A stretch of 64,000 nucleotides of DNA from a virus. A program made the translations under genes and the position numbers. The notes under the pieces are model-generated. The model was not told the DNA's origin. It saw nothing but the letters and a program-made list of their open reading frames with translations, and made no database searches. The stretch lies in the IMG/VR virus record IMGVR_UViG_3300005573_000001; one strand, given 5' to 3'. Positions 8,128 to 16,174 of this stretch are shown here, one piece after another (position 1 is the stretch's first letter; each line of letters opens with the position of its first letter).

Positions 8128-8538
8128 TTAATCCCGTCGTATGTAATGCGGCTCGCGGCAATGATAGCACCGCGCCTTCTTCATGCAAGCATTGATGGCC
8201 GCATTATACATCTCTTCGGCGGCAGGATTGTCCCACTCGCCTTCCGAGAACAATGCGACCGGCTCTAATGTCGCCTCCTCGTTCGTAATAGACACAATCC
8301 TTGAAATGTCTATTACGAAATCCCCACGGTGGCGATTTGCATAGAGCACCAAATCTCCCACCGCAATGGGGATAAGCGCGTGATCGCTATTAGCAAGTGA
8401 GCCGCGCTCCTTCACGTAAATGGCACGCTTAGCGCTACCATCTGGCGAAGCAATTATCATTGCTTCCCCTGTGTTACTGTACCCCCCGCCCCGTTCCCAG
8501 AGGCATGGGGTACCCCTTTTACTTTTAGTAATTATCAT
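8128..8538 (-). CDS. Hypothetical protein
   Basis: 136-aa ORF with SD AAAGGAG. Confidence 0.8.
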   Translation of the reverse strand: MIITKSKRGTPCLWERGGGYSNTGEAMIIASPDGSAKRAIYVKERGSLANSDHALIPIAVGDLVLYANRHRGDFVIDISRIVSITNEEATLEPVALFSEGEWDNPAAEEMYNAAINACMKKARCYHCREPHYIRRD

Positions 8539-8545
8539 ATTAATC

Positions 8546-8580
8546 TCCTTTCTCCGGCATTAAGCCGTGCCGGTCGGCAG
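8546..8580 (-). promoter_or_regulatory. SD-adjacent H-type pseudoknot motif, copy 4
   Basis: CUGCCG A CCGGCA CGGCUUAA UGCCGG AGAAAGGAG. Confidence 0.7.
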
Positions 8581-8604
8581 ATGTGTGGATTGAGACTTTG
8601 AGAC

Positions 8605-9009
8605 TTAATAGACTTCATATTCGGTTGTTTGGATATTTTCTACCCACAACCTCTGCCATGCTATGAGGTCATGGGGATAGGCAAACCTCACCCCCTTCTC
8701 TTGCAAGTCGGACAATACGCCGTATGAAACGGGATACCATCCTTGCGGCTGGGTAGAGTAGTACCCAGCCGCCTCCATGACGCGTCGCATGTCCGCGAAC
8801 ACGCCATGTTTCAGCAGCTTGTCAAACTCGTCGTCGCGTACGACGACGACGATGGTTTGTTTCACGTCACCCTCAGGTGATGTTAGCTCAAACCCGCACG
8901 GAACCTCGTCCGCGAAGGCGAGCACACGATACGGAGACGTTATGTCTCCGTCGATTAGTTCCTGTGCCGCGATAAGGCACCTCCCTAATCTTGTTTTCAT
9001 AGACAACAT
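8605..9009 (-). CDS. Hypothetical protein
   Basis: 134-aa ORF with SD AAAGGA. Confidence 0.75.
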   Translation of the reverse strand: MLSMKTRLGRCLIAAQELIDGDITSPYRVLAFADEVPCGFELTSPEGDVKQTIVVVVRDDEFDKLLKHGVFADMRRVMEAAGYYSTQPQGWYPVSYGVLSDLQEKGVRFAYPHDLIAWQRLWVENIQTTEYEVY

Positions 9010-9016
9010 AATTTAT

Positions 9017-9053
9017 TCCTTTCTGCCCGCCTTTTACCGGACGGGCGCGGTAT
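9017..9053 (-). promoter_or_regulatory. SD-adjacent H-type pseudoknot motif, copy 5
   Basis: AUACCG C GCCCGUC CGGUAAAA GGCGGGC AGAAAGGA. Confidence 0.7.
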
Positions 9054-9075
9054 ATTTTTGTGGGCGGTTTGGCTA

Positions 9076-9363
9076 CTACCGCTTATTGCGCCAAGGCGCA
9101 TAGGCCTCGGCGGACATCCTGTTAGCCATTACCATGACTAACAGTCTGAAGTCAGCCTTTCGGCTGGCTCCTTTTAAAGAGATGGGCTTTTGTAAAAGCC
9201 CATCCCACGCGTAGAGATGGCCGTCACCAGTACGACCAATCGCTACCTTGTAGTCCCGTAGGACTACTTCCACACTGTGTCCAGGAGACCATGTCTTAAT
9301 GATCTCCCGGAGCGCCAACCTTACCGCCTCAGCGGCAGGTTTCACAGCATCTCTCATAGTCAT
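9076..9363 (-). CDS. Hypothetical protein
   Basis: 95 aa; translationally coupled (TAATG) with SD GAGGAG. Confidence 0.75.
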   Translation of the reverse strand: MTMRDAVKPAAEAVRLALREIIKTWSPGHSVEVVLRDYKVAIGRTGDGHLYAWDGLLQKPISLKGASRKADFRLLVMVMANRMSAEAYAPWRNKR

Positions 9364-9647
9364 TACTCCTCACCCCCTTTCTCTAAAATCGACTGGGGCC
9401 TGTACTCCCCAGTCGATACGTCATAGTGCCACAAAACGAGTTCACACCCGCACCTGTGGCACGCCCTGATCACCGCAGCAACGGCTGCGGTGAGCCCTGT
9501 GACATATAGATCTACGTGTGCGATACCACGTAGAACCTCGACGGCATGGCTATACATGCCATCAAAATTAAACACGTCCTCGATTTGCTCGAAGACGTAT
9601 CTGTCGACCGGCATCTCGTGCCGGCCCTTCACTAATCCGATTGTCAT
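9363..9647 (-). CDS. Small alpha/beta hypothetical protein (possibly CARF/Rossmann-like)
   Basis: SD AAGGAGGGG; pattern GRH...VDLYVTGL-helix-LWHYD..GEY. Confidence 0.7.
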   Translation of the reverse strand: MTIGLVKGRHEMPVDRYVFEQIEDVFNFDGMYSHAVEVLRGIAHVDLYVTGLTAAVAAVIRACHRCGCELVLWHYDVSTGEYRPQSILEKGGEE

Positions 9648-9732
9648 TTTACCCCTCCTTATTTATTTTTTGCCCTTTCGGGCATGGCAGGCGGCTTTTA
9701 CTGGGGAGCCGCCAAGAACCCGTCAGCTCCTG

Positions 9733-9876
9733 TCAACCCATTAGAGTTGACAGGAGCCAGAGAAACACTAACCCTATTCCCACAACAAATAGGAATAGGG
9801 CCCCTATCGCCCCTAGGGTTCTTTTAAACCCTAGTATGGCGACCACTATTATTAAGAGTATTATCGCCAATAACAT
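9733..9876 (-). CDS. 47-aa membrane microprotein (absent from the ORF track)
   Basis: SD GGAGGTG; MLLAIILLIIVVAILGFKRTLGAIGALFLFVVGIGLVFLWLLSTLMG, two hydrophobic helices. Confidence 0.7.
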   Translation of the reverse strand: MLLAIILLIIVVAILGFKRTLGAIGALFLFVVGIGLVFLWLLSTLMG

Positions 9877-10018
9877 CTTCTCACCTCCTCTCGCAACATG
9901 GGGGGGTGGGCTCCGATCTTTCCCAAAGCCTCCCTATATTCATACATGGTACCCAGAGAGAATATATACCCTAAGTGTCCCTATAGGCTTCCATATATTG
10001 GTATAGAGTATTATGGTC

Positions 10019-10047
10019 TTGACAAAGGTAAAGTGATAGTATATACT
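10019..10047 (+). promoter_or_regulatory. sigmaA-type promoter
   Basis: TTGACA-N17-TATACT at the point where coding switches strand. Confidence 0.85.
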
Positions 10048-10068
10048 GGGAGGTGAGGAGGTAAATCC

Positions 10069-10215
10069 ATGCAGTATACATTGAAGGAGATTGATGATGC
10101 CATTAAGGTTATAGAGACAGCTAAGGGATTAGGGCGCGCGCGTGCCATTGCAATATGGGCACTCGAGTTCCAGCGCCTTCTGTGTTTACCTACTATATAT
10201 GACGACTATGATTGA
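10069..10215 (+). CDS. 48-aa hypothetical protein (absent from the ORF track)
   Basis: SD GAGGAGGT; MQYTLKEIDDAIKVIETAK...; first ORF after the promoter. Confidence 0.65.
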   Translation: MQYTLKEIDDAIKVIETAKGLGRARAIAIWALEFQRLLCLPTIYDDYD

Positions 10216-10230
10216 GGCGAGGTAAAACAA

Positions 10231-10503
10231 GTGACAGAACGGTGTAGACAATGCGGAAGATTTACAGGTGCAGCCATATGTCAGTATAATATTAAGTCAC
10301 GTGACGGCACGTGTATGTATTACACACAAGGCGCGGCGGACGACAAGTACGGTAAATCTATGATGCTAGCAATAGACGCGGGTATACCGAGTTGCATCCT
10401 CGAGCTTGTTGTAACCGACAACGTTGCGGACACGTACTACAATATACAGCTGGTCTATCAGGCTGTCACAGAAATTAATAGGCGAGGTACTAGTAATGAG
10501 TAG
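10231..10503 (+). CDS. Hypothetical protein with a Cys-rich N-terminus
   Basis: GTG start after GAGGT; CRQC motif. Confidence 0.6.
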   Translation: MTERCRQCGRFTGAAICQYNIKSRDGTCMYYTQGAADDKYGKSMMLAIDAGIPSCILELVVTDNVADTYYNIQLVYQAVTEINRRGTSNE

Positions 10504-10807
10504 GATTATTAAGATGGATACGGTAATGATCGGCGCGACGCCGGTAGAGTTATCGTATATTATGGATGACGTCGAGGTTGTGCCGGCAAAGTACAGTATA
10601 ACCTTCAAGCCCGCCGAGGCTAATGAGGCATATGTGTATTATAGCTACGACGACAGGGAGCAAGCGCAGGATAAGTATCTTGATATACTGTGGCACCCGG
10701 AGGATTACGCCATCAGCCACTTCAGGATGCTTGGGAGGGAAGTGTATCAGCTTACTAAGATTAAGAATAAGGCACGGTCGCTAAATGTTATAAGGAGGCA
10801 AGCATGA
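10496..10807 (+). CDS. Hypothetical protein
   Basis: ATG at 10496 after GAGGT; overlaps both neighbours. Confidence 0.65.
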   Translation: MSRIIKMDTVMIGATPVELSYIMDDVEVVPAKYSITFKPAEANEAYVYYSYDDREQAQDKYLDILWHPEDYAISHFRMLGREVYQLTKIKNKARSLNVIRRQA

Positions 10808-11379
10808 CGGAGATAGTATTTATACTGGATAGAAGCGGCTCCATGTGTGGCCGCGAAGAAGAGGCAATTAAGGGTTTTAATGAGTTTGTGAGAAAACAGA
10901 GGGAGGTGCCTGGAGAGGCGCGGATTACTACGATCCTATTTGACGACCAGTATGATGTCATAGACGCGCACGCGGATATACGGTTCGTAGGTGAACTGAC
11001 TTCAAGGGAATATTACCCGAGGGGTTTCACGGCTTTGCTGGATGCTATCGGTAGGGCAATCAACGAAACTAAGGGGTTTATCAGTATACAGCCGGAATGG
11101 CTCCGCCCCGACCAGGTAATATTCGTTATAACAACAGATGGACAGGAGAATAGCAGCAAGGAGTATACATCTGCGGCGGTAAAGCAGATGATTACGGAGC
11201 AGGAGGGGCAGGGATGGAAGTTCATATTCCTGGCAGAAGATCTCAACCAAGTTGAGCAGGCTAGAGCCATGGGAATACAATACGCTACGTATACTAATGA
11301 CATTACCAGTTACGCCGCATTCTCATTTATTAACGACGCTGTAACCAGTTGCAGAACGACAACAGTAAGTAATAGTTGA
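10804..11379 (+). CDS. von Willebrand factor A (vWA) domain protein
   Basis: MIDAS motif ILDRSGSM, TALLDAIG and VITTDGQEN. Confidence 0.9.
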   Translation: MTEIVFILDRSGSMCGREEEAIKGFNEFVRKQREVPGEARITTILFDDQYDVIDAHADIRFVGELTSREYYPRGFTALLDAIGRAINETKGFISIQPEWLRPDQVIFVITTDGQENSSKEYTSAAVKQMITEQEGQGWKFIFLAEDLNQVEQARAMGIQYATYTNDITSYAAFSFINDAVTSCRTTTVSNS

Positions 11380-11393
11380 TAGGATGGGACCAC

Positions 11394-11471
11394 ATGACAT
11401 TCGCGATATTAGTGATAATCATACTGACCGCGATTACGGCGTATCACTTTGGTACGCATAGCAGGAAATAA
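11394..11471 (+). CDS. 25-aa hydrophobic micropeptide
   Basis: MTFAILVIIILTAITAYHFGTHSRK; weak SD. Confidence 0.35.
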   Translation: MTFAILVIIILTAITAYHFGTHSRK

Positions 11472-11529
11472 GGGTTATACTGGGATAGCCCCGCAGAGGC
11501 ACAACAATAAGAAGGGTGGTAAGGTTACT

Positions 11530-11763
11530 ATGATTAAGAAGGGTAACGATGGTTGTTGCGCGCATAATTACAGAAGGGGCTACTGGAATGGACATATCGT
11601 TCTTCCATCTATAACAGTGCGGGTATGTAAGAATTGTGGAGAGATACAGACGACTTGCAACTTGTTCTGGAGATGTCTCCTAGTACTGCTAATGCCATTC
11701 TGGGATAGAAGCGTGCAACTCGATATACCCGCACAGGACATTCAAGAACACTTTTTTGAGTAG
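11530..11763 (+). CDS. Small Zn-ribbon-like hypothetical protein
   Basis: CCAH...CKNCG motifs. Confidence 0.55.
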   Translation: MIKKGNDGCCAHNYRRGYWNGHIVLPSITVRVCKNCGEIQTTCNLFWRCLLVLLMPFWDRSVQLDIPAQDIQEHFFE

Positions 11764-11773
11764 GGAGCACACT

Positions 11774-11917
11774 ATGAGGACATCATACGACAGACAGGTA
11801 TTGCTAGAACAGACATTTCCCGCGCCTAAGGGCAACCGCGTGCTTGCCGCCGCGGTTGTTATCGCATCAATAAATCTGGTTGTATCGCTCATATCATTAA
11901 TCCTACTGATACATTAA
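11774..11917 (+). CDS. 47-aa protein with a C-terminal transmembrane helix
   Basis: SD GGGAG; ends VLAAAVVIASINLVVSLISLILLIH; fills the gap between neighbours. Confidence 0.55.
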   Translation: MRTSYDRQVLLEQTFPAPKGNRVLAAAVVIASINLVVSLISLILLIH

Positions 11918-11927
11918 GGAGGATAGT

Positions 11928-12140
11928 ATGACTAAGTTGTACACAACACACTGTATGCAGTGTCGTCTACTTGAGGCTACGCTTAGACAAAAGAAGATTA
12001 AGTTCGAGACGGAGGATGACTTGGAGAAAGTTATAGAATTCGCCGAAAGACACCAGATTATGTCCGCTCCAATTCTGGAGACTGACGAAGGGATCCTCGA
12101 TTATGCGCGTGCCCTTACTTGGGCAAGGGAGCACAAGTAA
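11928..12140 (+). CDS. Glutaredoxin/NrdH-like redoxin
   Basis: LYTTHCMQC (CxxC) and cis-Pro segment SAPIL; 70 aa. Confidence 0.8.
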   Translation: MTKLYTTHCMQCRLLEATLRQKKIKFETEDDLEKVIEFAERHQIMSAPILETDEGILDYARALTWAREHK

Positions 12141-12676
12141 TGAAGCGCTTAATCGCATACCTTATATACGTAATTAGACATAAGTGGTTTGTCGCTATCG
12201 AATGCTTCAAGGTTGGCATACCTTGGCGCGGGATTGTGCATGATATAAGTAAGCTGGGCATAAGGGAGTTTTGGCCGTACGCAAAATTCTTCTACGACAG
12301 CGACGGTAATAGGACAGTCAATGGAGACGCGCGCGGCTTTGATGTGGCGTGGTTCTGGCACCAAGCCCGCAACAAACACCATTGGCAATACTGGTGTATG
12401 CCTGAGGATGGAGGCAGGAGTATGAGAGCAGTAGAAATACCAGATAAGTATCGCAAAGAGATGATATGCGACTGGATTGGAGCCGGCAAGGCGCAAGGAA
12501 ATAATAATGTTAAGCTATGGTACCTAAGTAATAGGAATAAGATAGTATTCCATCCTCGCACACGTGTAGCCGTGGAGTATGAACTCGGGCTTATCAATAT
12601 GACGCGCTATATACATATAACACCTCTAGCCAATGAAGAAGTCGAGGAGATACTTAGGGAAATTAGGCGAACATGA
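12140..12676 (+). CDS. HD-like metal-binding protein (DUF5662-like)
   Basis: RHKW, HDISK, HQARNKHHWQYW and EMICDWIGAG. Confidence 0.7.
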   Translation: MKRLIAYLIYVIRHKWFVAIECFKVGIPWRGIVHDISKLGIREFWPYAKFFYDSDGNRTVNGDARGFDVAWFWHQARNKHHWQYWCMPEDGGRSMRAVEIPDKYRKEMICDWIGAGKAQGNNNVKLWYLSNRNKIVFHPRTRVAVEYELGLINMTRYIHITPLANEEVEEILREIRRT

Positions 12677-12870
12677 AGATTATTACGACCCGCAAGATAT
12701 GCAATCTCTACGGTGTTACAAGGCAGCGCGTGCAGCAGTGGCGTAATACTGGGTTGCCTTTCTATAAGACAGACAAGTTTTACTACTACGATGCCGACGA
12801 AGTTGAAGAGTGGATAAAGAAGCGGCGTACACAGTATAAGTCTTGGACTAACGGCTACCATAAGCCTTGA
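12673..12870 (+). CDS. MerR/excisionase-type helix-turn-helix DNA-binding protein
   Basis: ICNLYGVTRQRVQQWRNTGLP...YDADEVEEW. Confidence 0.8.
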   Translation: MKIITTRKICNLYGVTRQRVQQWRNTGLPFYKTDKFYYYDADEVEEWIKKRRTQYKSWTNGYHKP

Positions 12871-12895
12871 CATTCGTAAAGAGATATGATATAGT
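12867..12895 (+). promoter_or_regulatory. sigmaA-type promoter with extended -10
   Basis: TTGACA-N17-TATAGT preceded by TGn. Confidence 0.8.
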
Positions 12896-12917
12896 CAGCG
12901 TTGGGAGGGATAGCACA

Positions 12918-13004
12918 ATGATAGAAACAATACTGCTCATAGGAGAAATCATCTTACTGGCCCTTGCTATCATCAGCGGCATTGCCAACCTGCTGATGGA
13001 ATAG
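12918..13004 (+). CDS. 28-aa single-transmembrane peptide
   Basis: SD GGGAGGG; MIETILLIGEIILLALAIISGIANLLME; lies between a promoter and a hairpin. Confidence 0.6.
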   Translation: MIETILLIGEIILLALAIISGIANLLME

Positions 13005-13020
13005 CCTATCCATAACCAAT

Positions 13021-13043
13021 GGGGCTCGTTAGCCGCGAGCCCC
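13021..13043 (+). terminator. GC-rich stem-loop, possible terminator
   Basis: ggggctcg-N7-cgagcccc; weak U-tract. Confidence 0.45.
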
Positions 13044-13050
13044 CCTAATC

Positions 13051-13087
13051 ATTAAATTTCTATTAAAATTATTAAATTTCTATTAAA
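13051..13087. repeat. AT-rich direct repeat ATTAAATTTCTATTAAA x2 (20-bp period)
   Basis: Copies at 13051 and 13071, upstream of the morphogenesis operon. Confidence 0.8.
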
Positions 13088-13175
13088 TCCTTGGATTTTT
13101 AGTAGACAAATTGCCAAAATCCCGGTATTTATATATATGAGAGGGAAATTAAAGGGCATACTATGTGACTAACGT

Positions 13176-13856
13176 ATGGCAGACATTGTCTCAGCTAACG
13201 ACCAACAGCAAATACGGCAATTTGAAATTAGCATTCCAGAGGAATGGGATACAGGGGGAGTATTAGCGTCTTCCCTTTCTGCGTTGCGGAGAGGTAACTT
13301 TAGTAGTGGGCTATGCGCCAACATTCCCGTAATTTGCAAGGGCACAGAGTGCCCATACTATAAAACCTGTAGATTGCGCATTGCCGGTCAAGATATAACG
13401 CCAGTCGTAGGGCAACGCTGCCCAGTCGAAATATACGAGATTATGGGAAGGTATCAATGGTATATGGATACATTGAACGTAGACCCAACTAATCTCGTAG
13501 ATATGGGACTAATTAAGGAACTTATAGATACAGAGATACTCATAGATAGAGCAGACCGACGTCAAGCTGCGGAAGCAGACTTTCTTGAAGATGTAACCAT
13601 AGCAATTAACGAGCACGGCCGGGAGATCAGACAAAGGCAAATATCTAAGATACAGGAGTTTAAGGATAAACAGGATAAGAAGAAGCAGACAATTCTGCAG
13701 TTACTAAACTCCACTAGGAAGGATAAAGCCGTTACCAAGATACAAATCTCAGAAGACCCATCGTCACATGCCGCCAAGCTTTTGGCAAGAAAGCGTGAGC
13801 TCGAAGCCAAGGGAGAAATTATAGAGGTACGGATAGAAGATGCAGATAAAGAATGA
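13176..13856 (+). CDS. Cys-cluster protein; candidate terminase small subunit
   Basis: First gene of the late block; CKGTECPYYKTC...RCPVE followed by a helical, charged C-terminus. TerS call is by position only. Confidence 0.4.
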   Translation: MADIVSANDQQQIRQFEISIPEEWDTGGVLASSLSALRRGNFSSGLCANIPVICKGTECPYYKTCRLRIAGQDITPVVGQRCPVEIYEIMGRYQWYMDTLNVDPTNLVDMGLIKELIDTEILIDRADRRQAAEADFLEDVTIAINEHGREIRQRQISKIQEFKDKQDKKKQTILQLLNSTRKDKAVTKIQISEDPSSHAAKLLARKRELEAKGEIIEVRIEDADKE

Positions 13857-14073
13857 CGAAGTGGCACTAGGTGCAATCGAAGACTTAAATCTCTTTACCG
13901 TAGGTAAGTCTATAGAGCGTGTCCTATTCGACGGCGAGGCGGAACAAATCACAGGATACAACATCATCTTCTCTGATGGAAGCGCCCTGCTACAGATAGT
14001 CCATAACGGCCAACTCTACTGGAAATGCGCGACAAAGGAAGAAATGGACGAATTTCTGAGTAGTGGTCAATAA
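13840..14073 (+). CDS. Hypothetical protein
   Basis: 77 aa; coupled to both neighbours. Confidence 0.6.
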   Translation: MQIKNDEVALGAIEDLNLFTVGKSIERVLFDGEAEQITGYNIIFSDGSALLQIVHNGQLYWKCATKEEMDEFLSSGQ

Positions 14074-15200
14074 TGCAGGACAAAGACGCAAAAAGGATAC
14101 TACGCAACGAGTTTGAAGCAAGCAGAAGAAAATTGGAAGCACTGCTTCAAAAGGCCGACAAGACCACGTTGGACCAAGCCAGAATAGAGCGCTTGTCTGC
14201 ACACATGTCTTCATTATACGAAGAGTATCGGAGAGTTGGCGGAGAAGATTTAAAGTGGAACGGCACAACGCCGCAGACCTCTAGGGGCAAACGTGGCAAA
14301 AGGTGGGTGGCTTCAGACGAATGGGTCGCTGCCCATAAGAAGAGGCAGGAAGAATACGCCAAGGAAGCCAGCGGCATATACGCAGGAGAGCAATCCACTC
14401 CGCAAGGACAGAGGCGTGAATTCTCTGCTAGAAAGAGCCGCGCCAGGTCTGCATTCGTAAGGCGCTTCGAAGAAGTTATGGATGAGGCCTACGGCATAGA
14501 CCGGTCCGAGTTTGTTACTGAATTCACTACTCCCTTCAGCAAGGCATTCAAGAGTGCACTAGATGCCTTCGACGCAGGTACCCGTGAGACTTACCAGACG
14601 TCCATACAGGAACTGCAGGACATCATAGAGTCCGGGAAGTTTGGGGTACATCAATGGAAATCTGGCGGGACGCCAAACTTTCAAAGCACAAGAGCTGAAT
14701 ATAGAAGGAGATTCGGTGCGAGAGATGTAACAATCACAGATAGCGCGGCTCGCACAGATGAAAACCTTAATCATAGAACTAACCGTAAGGCGCGCAATGC
14801 CGCAAAAACTGCAGCTGAGACAACGGACATAAAGAAGGACGTTACAGTAGGCAAGGTTATTAAGAGTAAAGCAATCCTGTCTGAAGAGAAGGCTGCGGCC
14901 GAGAAGACTTTCGGCAAGATCCTCAAGGGGACAGGCAAGACTCTTTGGATAGGCGGAGGACTCCTATTAGGAATAGGAACGATTGCACACTTCACAAACA
15001 AACTTTCAGATAAAGCCCGTGAAAGACACCAAGTAGCAGAGGCACGGCGCAAACAACGCAAAGAGGATGCGGGATCACGCAAATATATGTATGCCGGTAC
15101 TGACATGGACATCTCTCCTAGGGCAGCAGAAATACTCTTCGAGATGCATCAACAGCGTCTCAGGCACTATAAACAAGGTAATGCTAAATACTATAGTTAA
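14073..15200 (+). CDS. Hypothetical basic protein with one transmembrane segment
   Basis: LWIGGGLLLGIGTIAHF near the C-terminus. Confidence 0.75.
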   Translation: MQDKDAKRILRNEFEASRRKLEALLQKADKTTLDQARIERLSAHMSSLYEEYRRVGGEDLKWNGTTPQTSRGKRGKRWVASDEWVAAHKKRQEEYAKEASGIYAGEQSTPQGQRREFSARKSRARSAFVRRFEEVMDEAYGIDRSEFVTEFTTPFSKAFKSALDAFDAGTRETYQTSIQELQDIIESGKFGVHQWKSGGTPNFQSTRAEYRRRFGARDVTITDSAARTDENLNHRTNRKARNAAKTAAETTDIKKDVTVGKVIKSKAILSEEKAAAEKTFGKILKGTGKTLWIGGGLLLGIGTIAHFTNKLSDKARERHQVAEARRKQRKEDAGSRKYMYAGTDMDISPRAAEILFEMHQQRLRHYKQGNAKYYS

Positions 15201-15211
15201 GGAGCGATAGA

Positions 15212-15835
15212 ATGCCAAAACTTTCTGGAATTGGGAAGGTTCTAAGTGGTGCCTTTAGGAGTCTCGGCGACTTGGACTGGGGTGCTATTGCTCGACGCGC
15301 AGCTATCGGCGCAGGAGTTGGCGGCATAGTCAATGCAACTAGAGAGAAGATACAAGGTGGCAGCTTCTCTGGCGGGGCCGTACGCGGTGCAATGTATGGC
15401 GGCCTTATCGGTGGCGCGGTAGGTATCGGAAAAGAGCTGAAGGCAATTGGAGCAGACAAACTTAAGGAAATAGCGGATGCTGCGGTAGACGCACCAGCAA
15501 TACTAAGCAGCGGAAAGACAAAGTTTTCGCAAGTGTTCCATAAAGATATATGGGAATCCTTTGGAGAGGTTGGACGTAGTAAAGTACTCAGCAGAGCCAT
15601 TGCCGGTGCAGCTATTGGAGGCGGCATAGGCGGTATACGTAGTGCGGCCGAAGGACAAGGTTTCGGCTCTGGCTTTGTTGGCGGCGCTGTTATAGGCGGT
15701 GTCATAGGCGGAGCATCCGGTTACGCAGGTGCATACGCAGACCTAATCGATCCCACGCGTCCACAAGGGTTCCAAGGGGCTCTCAAGACAGTAAGCAAGC
15801 AGCTAGTCGCCCTAAAGAGGATCAACGCAATCTAG
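15212..15835 (+). CDS. Glycine-zipper membrane protein
   Basis: Duplicated GxxxG arrays (AIGAGVGG...GAMYGGLIGGAVG; AIGGGIGG...GGAVIGGVIGG). Confidence 0.75.
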   Translation: MPKLSGIGKVLSGAFRSLGDLDWGAIARRAAIGAGVGGIVNATREKIQGGSFSGGAVRGAMYGGLIGGAVGIGKELKAIGADKLKEIADAAVDAPAILSSGKTKFSQVFHKDIWESFGEVGRSKVLSRAIAGAAIGGGIGGIRSAAEGQGFGSGFVGGAVIGGVIGGASGYAGAYADLIDPTRPQGFQGALKTVSKQLVALKRINAI

Positions 15836-15847
15836 GGGGTGTAGACT

Positions 15848-16174
15848 ATGGGACTCACAAGACGTGGCGCAGTAATGAGAACGCTTTTCCGTCAGGAAGA
15901 GGCGTCAATAAATAACTTATTTACTGGCGTTAGACTAAGAGGCGTCTGGAGCAAAACTATGGTAGTTGGCGGGTTGCTTCTTGGCGGACTCATGAGTATG
16001 AAGGAAAACTATATAAATACTCCTCGTAATAGTAATGTAGTCAACTATGGAAATTTACCTATGCTAAGTTACGACGCGGTACCAAATAGAAGCCGCCTTA
16101 CTGGCAGCAGAGATTTGGGCGCGACTGGAGAGATAGTCTTCGGACTTAATAGCGCGAGGAGAGGTGGTCTGTAA
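15848..16174 (+). CDS. Hypothetical protein with a hydrophobic segment
   Basis: MVVGGLLLGGLM; SD GGGGGTG. Confidence 0.7.
   Translation: MGLTRRGAVMRTLFRQEEASINNLFTGVRLRGVWSKTMVVGGLLLGGLMSMKENYINTPRNSNVVNYGNLPMLSYDAVPNRSRLTGSRDLGATGEIVFGLNSARRGGL

Noticed and set aside
5707-9053. Assigning the repeated pseudoknot to twister ribozyme or guanidine-III riboswitch classes
   Set aside because: It lacks their conserved core nucleotides, so it is left unassigned
258-10006. Plus-strand ORFs overlapping the leftward block (e.g. 258-488, 2714-3040, 8777-9103, 9641-10006)
   Set aside because: Antisense to SD-led minus-strand genes, with no recognisable features
12673-12870. Calling the HTH protein an excisionase or Nu1-type TerS
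   Set aside because: The fold is shared by many regulators; there is no integrase in the window and the gene lies upstream of a separate promoter
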